Positions 57,304 through 64,000 of a stretch of DNA of 64,000 nt are shown piece after piece; position 1 is the stretch's first letter, and every line of letters begins with the position of its first letter. The notes beneath the pieces are model-generated. The model searched no databases and was not told the origin of the DNA. It saw nothing but the letters and a program-made list of their open reading frames with translations. The translations under genes and the position numbers were made by a program. The DNA is from Rhodoblastus sp. (lineage in GTDB: Bacteria > Pseudomonadota > Alphaproteobacteria > Rhizobiales > Beijerinckiaceae), in the NCBI GenBank assembly GCA_036796555.1, contig DAIRCS010000002.1, positions 10,233 to 74,232 of the forward strand, in the 5' to 3' direction.

Positions 57304-58802
57304 TCGCAACCGAGGCGCTGCTGGGCCTGTTCGACGAGAATGCGACGGTCGGTCGACTGCCGGTCGGCAAGGTATTCACGATGGCGGACCAGGAGTCGTT
57401 CGCGCGCTTGTCCGGCGATCGCAATCCCATGCACATGGATTTCGTCGCCGCGCGACGCACGCAGGGCGGAGGGTGCGTCGTGCATGGCGTCCAGGCGACG
57501 CTTTGGGCGCTGGAGCAACTGGCCGCCGCGGGGCTGGATGTCGCGGGCGCCGAAGCGCTAAACGTGAGCTTCTCGAAATTCATCATCGTCGATCAGGCCG
57601 TGGCGCTGCACTTCTCGCGTAAAGGGACCACCGCGCGCGCGGAAATCGTCTTGGGCGGCCAGACCGCGGTCACGATCGCGTTCAAGTCTTCGAGCAAAGT
57701 CGCTGTTTCCACGCCGGCCTCTACGGCGGATTTGTCCGATTATCCTGAATTCGACCTGCTCGAGCGTCCGTTCGAACCTTCGCCCGCGGACATGCAGTCG
57801 TTCGTGCGCTGGATATCGCCGACGGGCTCGAAAGCCGAGTTCGAGGCGGCGTATCCGAACGCTTGTGCGCGTCTGGGAGCCGAAACGATCATGAGCATTT
57901 CGGCGCTGTCGTCCCTGGTCGGTATGGCTTGTCCGGGGCTCAATTCCATTTTCTCGGGCTTTGCGATTCAGTGGACCGCCTCGAGAGGCCAGCGGATCGG
58001 CGTCGGCGCAAGAACCAGGTCCTTCGACGATCGAACGAGGCTGATTCAGATCTCGATTGAAGGCGCACGATTTGTTGGAACCGTCTCCGCGTTCGAACGG
58101 ATGCCGCCCGTCGAAACGTCCCTGGATCGCGTCAGGCAGCGCGTCAGCCCGCGTGAATTCGCCGGCGTCAGGGCTCTCGTCGTCGGCGGCTCGCGTGGGT
58201 TGGGCGCGGCGACCGCCAAATTGCTGGCCGCCGGTGGCGCACAGGTGACGATCACTTACTTTCAGGGCGCGGCGGACGCCGATCGGGTGCGCGAAGAACT
58301 CTGCGCGGCGTTTGGGCCGCAGGCGTGCGCGACAGCCAGGCTCGACATGCGGGACGCCTCGGCGGACCAACTGACGAATCTGACGAGAGACGTCACGCAC
58401 CTCTACTACTTCGCTACGCCGCTGATTGGCGGGCAGAGGTCGGGCTCATTCGACGGAAAGGCGTTTGCGCAATTCGTGGACATCTATGTCCGCGGTTTCT
58501 GCAAGGTTGTGGATGCGATGGCTGGCGCCCGCAAGGGCGAAAAACTGTTTGCATGCTATCCCTCATCGATCTTTGTGGAGAAAAGACCCAAACAGATGAC
58601 TGAATATGCGATGGCGAAAGCCGCCGGCGAGGTTCTCTGCGAAGATCTGATGCGTAACCACGCGGGGCTTTCGATTATCGCGCCGCGTCTGCCGCGCACC
58701 CTGACTGATCAGACCGCCACCGTGCCGCCAGTCGAGACGGCGGACGCGGTCGATGTGATGCTTCCGCATATTCGTTCACAGATGCCGCAGCCGGGGCCAT
58801 GA
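57300..58802 (+). CDS. fusion protein: MaoC-like (R)-hydratase/dehydratase double hot-dog region plus C-terminal SDR ketoreductase domain
   Basis: The hydratase-2 motif FARLSGDRNPMHMDFVAA is followed by a second hot-dog-sized region. Then comes ALVVGGSRGLGAATAKLLAAGGAQVTITY (Rossmann) with YAMAK (YxxxK). ATGA overlap with the upstream methyltransferase. Confidence 0.75.
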   Translation: MIATEALLGLFDENATVGRLPVGKVFTMADQESFARLSGDRNPMHMDFVAARRTQGGGCVVHGVQATLWALEQLAAAGLDVAGAEALNVSFSKFIIVDQAVALHFSRKGTTARAEIVLGGQTAVTIAFKSSSKVAVSTPASTADLSDYPEFDLLERPFEPSPADMQSFVRWISPTGSKAEFEAAYPNACARLGAETIMSISALSSLVGMACPGLNSIFSGFAIQWTASRGQRIGVGARTRSFDDRTRLIQISIEGARFVGTVSAFERMPPVETSLDRVRQRVSPREFAGVRALVVGGSRGLGAATAKLLAAGGAQVTITYFQGAADADRVREELCAAFGPQACATARLDMRDASADQLTNLTRDVTHLYYFATPLIGGQRSGSFDGKAFAQFVDIYVRGFCKVVDAMAGARKGEKLFACYPSSIFVEKRPKQMTEYAMAKAAGEVLCEDLMRNHAGLSIIAPRLPRTLTDQTATVPPVETADAVDVMLPHIRSQMPQPGP

Positions 58803-58848
58803 GGAAAAACCTGGTTGCGGAGAGCCAACTCAAGCGATGGAGAAGCGA

Positions 58849-59094
58849 ATGACCCGGGATTCCGTGAGGGAGATGATTGCGAGAAATCTCGCCGACGTTC
58901 TCGACGAAGATCATATCGACCTGACCGATCAGACGCGGGCGGACGAGGTAGATGGCTGGGATAGCGTCAACCACGTGAAACTGATCATTGCGATCGAGTC
59001 GGAGATGGGCATTCGTTTCGAATCCGATGAAATCACGTCGCCGGAGAACGTCGGCGCGCTGATCGACCTGATCATGTCCAAGAAGGCGGCATGA
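58849..59094 (+). CDS. acyl carrier protein (discrete)
   Basis: 81 aa from the ATG at 58849 (GGAGAA 4 nt upstream; the track start at 58837 is also possible). Phosphopantetheine-site context DEVDGWDSVNHVKLIIAIE (Ser codon 58963-58965). Acidic four-helix-sized protein. Confidence 0.8.
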   Translation: MTRDSVREMIARNLADVLDEDHIDLTDQTRADEVDGWDSVNHVKLIIAIESEMGIRFESDEITSPENVGALIDLIMSKKAA

Positions 59095-59252
59095 CGTCGG
59101 ATTCGGCATGAGGCCGGATGCGCCCATATGCTGAGATCGTTGGATTTCCGGCGATTGTGGCTGCTTGGGCGAACTTTGAAATGGCCCTTATTTGAGCTAC
59201 AAGTTCGGCTAGGTTTTCGTCGTGGCGGGCGTCCATTCGGAGCAAGGTGGAA

Positions 59253-60398
59253 ATGAAAGCTGTTGGTTCGTCTTCGAGCGTAGCGCCGTTTCCGGACGCC
59301 GCGGAGGCGCAGGACAAGATCGACCCGAATCTTGTCAGCGTGGTCGACAGCGAAACGAGCGGCGTCGCAAAGTCGGTCGCGCTCAAGGAGCCGACGCATT
59401 TTTCCGAGAAGTCCTTCAGCCAGTATATCATCGATCTCTGCAATGCCGGTCGGCATCGCGCGGCGGAAATCTACTATCTGAAGAATGTCCGCCAGCTGCT
59501 CGATTCCAACATGAACGGCAAGGAGAAGCTCAATCATCTGATCTATCTGCCCCGCATCATCCAGGGTGGAGGCGGGACGAAGCACGGCTATCAAAAGCTC
59601 CGCATCAAGGCGGCAGGCGTTGAAAGGGCGATCAAGGGTCTGGCGCTGCCCAAAGGCGGCGCGTTTATCGAACTCGGCTGCGGCGCGCATGATCCGCTGG
59701 CCCTGCCAACCTATTTTTATCTGAACGGCTTCGAGCCCTGCTACGGGATCGATCTGTTGCCGCCGCGCACCGAATATTATTCGGCGATGTCGATGTACGA
59801 CATCTGCCTCAATGTTCGTACGTTTCCGCGTTCCTATTGCCGTCCCGGCGTCGAACCGAAGGATATTCTGGCGCGGCTCAAGGATTTCCACCTGACCAAA
59901 TTCGAACAGGGGAATCTTGCCGCCGGTTTTGGCGCCGCCAAGGACAAGGTCAAGTTCCTGCAGGAAGACATCTGCGAGGCTGACATCAAGCGAGAAAGCT
60001 GCTCGCTGATTGTTTCCTTCGCGGTGCTGGAGCATGTGACAGACATCACGCGCGTCGCCCAGACGCTCTACGATCTGCTGCTGCCGGGAGGCGTCGTCTA
60101 TCATTTCGTCGACCTGGCGGATCACAGATCGTATCGCGGCGATGGCGCATTCGGCCCGCTTTCCTTCCTCGCTGATGAAGTCGCGCCGCCGAACATGAAT
60201 CGGTTGCGCGCGCCGCAGATCACGGAAGCGCATGTGGCGGCGGGCTTCGAGGTTCTCAGAGATTCGCGCGAAACCGCGGAAATGCCTGACGAGATCCTGA
60301 AAAACCTGCAGCCGCGCTTCAAGGCCTTCTCTCTGGAAGACGTGAGTGTCATCAAGCAGAGTCTGATTCTGCGGAAGCCTGGAACAGCAAGGACCTGA
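59253..60398 (+). CDS. class I SAM-dependent methyltransferase-like protein
   Basis: FIELGCGAHDP (motif I-like), LIVSFAVLEHV, LLLPGGVVYHF. About 130-aa unknown N-terminal region. The start may be ATG 59253 or GTG 59247. Confidence 0.65.
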   Translation: MKAVGSSSSVAPFPDAAEAQDKIDPNLVSVVDSETSGVAKSVALKEPTHFSEKSFSQYIIDLCNAGRHRAAEIYYLKNVRQLLDSNMNGKEKLNHLIYLPRIIQGGGGTKHGYQKLRIKAAGVERAIKGLALPKGGAFIELGCGAHDPLALPTYFYLNGFEPCYGIDLLPPRTEYYSAMSMYDICLNVRTFPRSYCRPGVEPKDILARLKDFHLTKFEQGNLAAGFGAAKDKVKFLQEDICEADIKRESCSLIVSFAVLEHVTDITRVAQTLYDLLLPGGVVYHFVDLADHRSYRGDGAFGPLSFLADEVAPPNMNRLRAPQITEAHVAAGFEVLRDSRETAEMPDEILKNLQPRFKAFSLEDVSVIKQSLILRKPGTART

Positions 60399-60754
60399 AG
60401 CGCGCTCGGTCGTCTTGAATCAACAAGCGCCTGCGGTCGATGACGGGGATTTGCGCTTTCGCTCCGCCCGCCTGTCGACCGCAATCATTCATCGTAGGCC
60501 AGAAACCGTGCTTCAATATGGTGAGGCTCGCGATTCGATCGTTCCTCCCGGTGCGCGCCGCCACAGCTTCGATGCACGGAAGGCGGATCGATGATCGGCC
60601 AATGCGTTGGCGGTCGGGAATCTTCCCGACGACCGATCATGCAGACTCGTCAATGTCTGATTGATATGTCCTGACGCTTTACGCGCTGGCGTTCTCTTCT
60701 CCGCCTATGCAATCTTGATCAGAGGACACGCCGAACTGATGAGCGATCCGCGGC

Positions 60755-61108
60755 TTACTCTTCCTTGCTGGCTCGCCGAATGTGACGCAATCCTTCCATG
60801 ACGGCCGTGAAGATGAGCTTGCGTTCGGATTCGTTTGCGCCGCTCTCGAAATATTCGGCCACCTGACGCATCGTCTCGGGAAAAGCGAGGCAAGCGGCCT
60901 TGAGCCGCACGTTCTGCGCCTCCTTGTAGATCTCGATGACGGCGTTGAGCTCCTTCATCTCTTCTTGCGTCAGGGAATCGAAATCCTCACCAATAGCAAA
61001 GGTTTTCTTCGGGACCACGCCGACTCTTTCGCGGGTCGACCTCCCGTCACTGTCGTGATCGATACGAAGTACTTTGATGTTCTTGTCTTGATCGACGCAC
61101 AGCAGCAT
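60755..61108 (-). CDS. small hypothetical protein (117 aa)
   Basis: ATG at 61108 follows GAGGTGG. Balanced composition (MLLCVDQDKNIKVLRIDHDSDG...EEMKELNAVIEIYKEAQNVRLK...). I recognise no motif. Confidence 0.4.
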   Translation of the reverse strand: MLLCVDQDKNIKVLRIDHDSDGRSTRERVGVVPKKTFAIGEDFDSLTQEEMKELNAVIEIYKEAQNVRLKAACLAFPETMRQVAEYFESGANESERKLIFTAVMEGLRHIRRASKEE

Positions 61109-61610
61109 GGTCCACCTCATTTTTGCGGCGCTAGCGCGCGTCGCATCTGCGAGAGCTGGTCGTGGCGTTTGTCGCTTTTGCTCGCGACGCCCATTGCGGC
61201 ATACCAACCCATATTGACGATACGGCCCCGTCTGTCAAGCTTGGCCGTTCGACAAAGCCTAATAACAGGAGAGACTTAGTCATTCAACGGAAAGCCTGAT
61301 GCCTTGGCGCCCTGCGTAAAAAAGCAGACGGAAGCCCAGTCTGAAGGCAATTATGTGGCGGTTGGAAACTTATAGGCCCGGCATATGAGCAGCTCACTTC
61401 CGGCGTCAGGCAGCAATGCAGAGACAAGAGATAGTCGCGTATTTAACAGTATATCGTCTATTTTATACATATAAATGACACATTCCCGTCAGCAGTCGTC
61501 CATGCCGCGGGGCCGGCGTCGAACGGGAGCGGCGCAGCGCTTGCGGCCGCCGACAGTCCGCTGGACCGCGGCCTGACCCTTGCGAACCTGCCGTTCTTTT
61601 GTTCAACCGA

Positions 61611-64000
61611 TCAGTGCGCTTCCAAGAGTTCGTCGCCGCGCAGGATCATTCTGCCGCCTTTGAGCAACAGGCCTTCGTCGGCCGTGTAGACTTCGACACG
61701 ATGTTCGTCGCCGTTCCGGAGCGCTTTGGGAAGCTGGATTCTGAAGCCGTGGTCGCCATGGCCGATGCCTGCGTCCGCCAGATCCTCGCGATGCAGTGAC
61801 GCCGGCGTGCGAAGCAGGAACTTTCCGTCCACGAAGATGCAGACGTCGACCTTGTCGATGTCGCGGCCGACCCGCCAGACCCAGCCGTTGAGCCGGCCCG
61901 CCTCGCCGATCTCGCAATAGCCGTCGAGGCCAGCGGCTTCGAGGCTGGGGAAGTTGACCGAAACCTCCGCCACGGGAATATCGCCGTGTTCGCCGACCAG
62001 GAGCCGCACGATACGCGGTTTGCGCGCCAGCCGGCGTCGTAGGATGCCGCCTTTCAAATTGATCTCGAATCCGTGGCGTCGAAGATCGCCCGGAATCGCG
62101 TTGACGGTCGCCAGTTCGACGTTGGCCGACACCAGCCGCGGCGGTCCGTCGTTTTCGACGACATGGATGTTCACGAAGGAATCCGGCCGCGATTCATCAC
62201 GTAGCCATCCGATCAGCTTGCCGTCGCGAACGGCCAGAAGGCCGCCGGTAAAGAGAGCCCCGCGCTCCGCGCCGATCCGCACGAGATGGCGACGCAGATT
62301 GTCGGGCATCGCCTCCACGGGGTGCGGTTCCTTGCGGGCTTTTCTCTTGTTCGGCTGCTCGTCCTGATATTGCGCGTCGATAAGCTCGAAAAGCGCGGGC
62401 ATCTCGCGCTTGGCTTTCGGTTTCGTCCACGCTTTCCCCGCGCCGGGCCTCGCATTCGGTTTGGCCCTGGCGGGTTTCAGCTGCAGGCCTTTCGTGGCCA
62501 GCAGCAGGTCGCGCAACGCCAGCGGCGCCGCGGCCATCTGCGGACGAATGAGGCGGAAATAGCTGGTCGGGATGTCGTAGCCCTTCTGCCGCAGCCATTG
62601 CTCGTCCCAGCCCTGCACGCTGCCCAGCTCGATAAGCGCCGTCGTGCAGGTCAGGCCCAGCATTTGCGCGCGCGCGACAAACTCCATTTCGCTGCCGAGA
62701 ACGCGATAATCCGACGAAAACCCGTCGACCAGCTTGAAGCTTTCCCGGCGAACCGCGAGCGGGACGGGCGTCAGATCCGTATGGAAGAACGATTCCGAGA
62801 CGCTGCCCAGCACCGTCGCGCTGAGGTAGCTGTGGGCGTTCGCCTCTTCCGGATAAAGCACGCGGTAGAAGAAGTTCAGCACGTCGGATTTGTCGGAGCG
62901 CGCGACCCTCGACAGGGCGCGCAACGCCTGGCGGTTGAGAACGGTTCCCGACCACATGAAGAGCAGGTATTCGCCGGTCGCCCGATCGGCCGCCACATTG
63001 TACGACAGGCCGGCGTCGTAGTCGCTCGCCTCGACCAGCACGATCCGGCCTTCATGGTCGCCCTGCGCGCAAAAACTCCGGATGGCGGCGAAATCTTCGT
63101 TGGTGTCCACGTCGGCCGCCACGATGATCTCGTGGACGGGACTCTCCTGCGCGAGCAGCGAGGCGATGGTCGCCTCGAGCGCGGACAGGGAGCCGCTGTG
63201 GTAGACGCAGGCCGAAAAGGCGATCGGGCGCGCCTCCGGCTCGATCGTCGTCGGACCGAGCAGCTCCTGCAGCAGGCCCTTGCCGAGATTTTCGTGAAAT
63301 TCCTGCCAGATTTCGATGTTGCGTTCGTTGGAGAAGCTCGGCCGCGCGACATAGGCGCCGTTCTTCAGCGCGCGCGCGATCATGTCGGCCAGCGGCACCG
63401 GATGGGCTTCGCAGAGCACCTGGGCCCGGTCGTCGGGATGGACGAGCTCGGGCGTTCCGCCCGATGTCGAGGCGATGAACGGGATGCCGCATATCGCCGC
63501 CTCGTAGACCGCCAGCGACGAATTCTCGATGATCGAGGGCATGACCGCCAGGCGAGGCTCGGAGAGCAGATAGTCGAGCGCCTCGTATTGCTGGAAATCG
63601 GTCAGGAGCTGAACTTCGCACGGCCAGCCGGCCGTTTCGGTCAGGATGTAGTCGACGACGTCCTGATCCGGCCGCGCGGTCAGGCGCGCGCCGGGCTTGC
63701 CCATGAAGGAAATCTTCTTCGGAAGACCGCCGCCGGTCCGCAGGATATGCTTGATCGCCTGGCAGAAGACGAACAGGCCCTTGCGCGCCTCGAGCCGCCC
63801 GAAGAAGACGATCTCGTCCACGACCATCTTGGTTTCGAACGCATCGGCGCGCCGGTCCTTCAGCGCGGCGAGATGGTCGAACGAGACGAGATTCGGTTGC
63901 ACGAAGGTGCGGTTCGCCTGGATCCGGTAGCCCTGGCTCGACATCCAGCGCAGCAGATGCAGGCTGCCGCCGATCACGATGTCGCCGAGTTCGACGCTCC
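61611..64000 (-). CDS. multidomain glycosyltransferase (GT4-like, then GT2-like, then tandem C-terminal repeat domain); N-terminus outside window
   Basis: The ORF is open to the window edge. It contains EIVFFGRLEARKG...PSIIENSSLAVYEAAICGIPFIASTSGG.PE (GT4 C-half). Further along is FSACVYHSGSLSALEATIASLL...EIIVAADV...YDAGLSYN...GEYLLFM (GT2). Two ~75-aa repeats then follow, each ending HGF.I.L. Confidence 0.75.
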   Translation of the reverse strand, partial: SVELGDIVIGGSLHLLRWMSSQGYRIQANRTFVQPNLVSFDHLAALKDRRADAFETKMVVDEIVFFGRLEARKGLFVFCQAIKHILRTGGGLPKKISFMGKPGARLTARPDQDVVDYILTETAGWPCEVQLLTDFQQYEALDYLLSEPRLAVMPSIIENSSLAVYEAAICGIPFIASTSGGTPELVHPDDRAQVLCEAHPVPLADMIARALKNGAYVARPSFSNERNIEIWQEFHENLGKGLLQELLGPTTIEPEARPIAFSACVYHSGSLSALEATIASLLAQESPVHEIIVAADVDTNEDFAAIRSFCAQGDHEGRIVLVEASDYDAGLSYNVAADRATGEYLLFMWSGTVLNRQALRALSRVARSDKSDVLNFFYRVLYPEEANAHSYLSATVLGSVSESFFHTDLTPVPLAVRRESFKLVDGFSSDYRVLGSEMEFVARAQMLGLTCTTALIELGSVQGWDEQWLRQKGYDIPTSYFRLIRPQMAAAPLALRDLLLATKGLQLKPARAKPNARPGAGKAWTKPKAKREMPALFELIDAQYQDEQPNKRKARKEPHPVEAMPDNLRRHLVRIGAERGALFTGGLLAVRDGKLIGWLRDESRPDSFVNIHVVENDGPPRLVSANVELATVNAIPGDLRRHGFEINLKGGILRRRLARKPRIVRLLVGEHGDIPVAEVSVNFPSLEAAGLDGYCEIGEAGRLNGWVWRVGRDIDKVDVCIFVDGKFLLRTPASLHREDLADAGIGHGDHGFRIQLPKALRNGDEHRVEVYTADEGLLLKGGRMILRGDELLEAH

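Noticed and set aside
60352-60664. Small ORFs 60352..60564(-) and 60440..60664(+)
   Set aside because: They mutually overlap, lack an RBS, have Arg/Cys/Pro-biased composition and sit in a spacer. They are treated as non-coding.
46500-61610. Lower-GC island as a prophage, ICE or transposon
   Set aside because: No integrase, recombinase, transposase, phage structural gene, tRNA attachment site or flanking direct repeats is visible in the window. Gene content is polysaccharide-related throughout.

Overview
High-GC chromosomal segment that looks alphaproteobacterial (Hyphomicrobiales/Rhizobiales-like: Irr/ICE iron regulation, hmuPTUV, Omp25/31-type porin, GC-rich palindromic intergenic repeats). 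I support about 55 protein genes. I saw no rRNA, tRNA, CRISPR array, transposase or integrase. Many long ORFs in the six-frame track are antisense or out-of-frame artefacts of the high GC content.

Gene blocks in order:
1. 1-7.7 kb: an epimerase/SDR/cupin/flavoprotein operon ending in tcuA-tcuB.
2. 7.7-17.3 kb: a LysR regulator divergent from an operon with a DHDPS-like lyase, 3-hydroxyanthranilate dioxygenase, an aspartate-dehydrogenase-like protein, an aldehyde dehydrogenase and a Liv-type ABC importer.
3. 17.5-20.2 kb: a 7TMR-DISM histidine kinase plus a single-domain response regulator.
4. 20.4-22.8 kb: MarR plus an internally duplicated Omp25/31-like outer-membrane protein.
5. 23.1-33.2 kb: a neutral-lipid block (two alpha/beta hydrolases, SDR, MFS, WS/DGAT, FadD) with two tandem AraC paralogues.
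6. 33.5-43.0 kb: a heme uptake and utilisation locus. It holds a DUF2325 protein, hutX, an ABM heme oxygenase-like gene, tonB, a frameshifted hmuR, hmuP, hmuTUV and irr, with Irr-box (ICE) motifs.
7. 43.2-45.4 kb: a di-heme cytochrome c peroxidase plus a TorC-like pentaheme cytochrome.
8. 46.5-61.6 kb: a clearly lower-GC capsule-type island. kpsE/M/T-like exporter genes are followed by an SGNH esterase, an FkbH-like loader, two large unknown proteins, three methyltransferase-like proteins, a MaoC-SDR fusion and a discrete ACP.
9. 61.6-64.0 kb: a multidomain glycosyltransferase that runs off the window.

The best candidate for an undescribed system is the carrier-protein-centred FkbH/ACP/MaoC-SDR/methyltransferase module inside the capsule export island. 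It has no PKS, NRPS or FAS partner. All functional calls rest on my reading of motifs in the translated ORFs. No database search was run.
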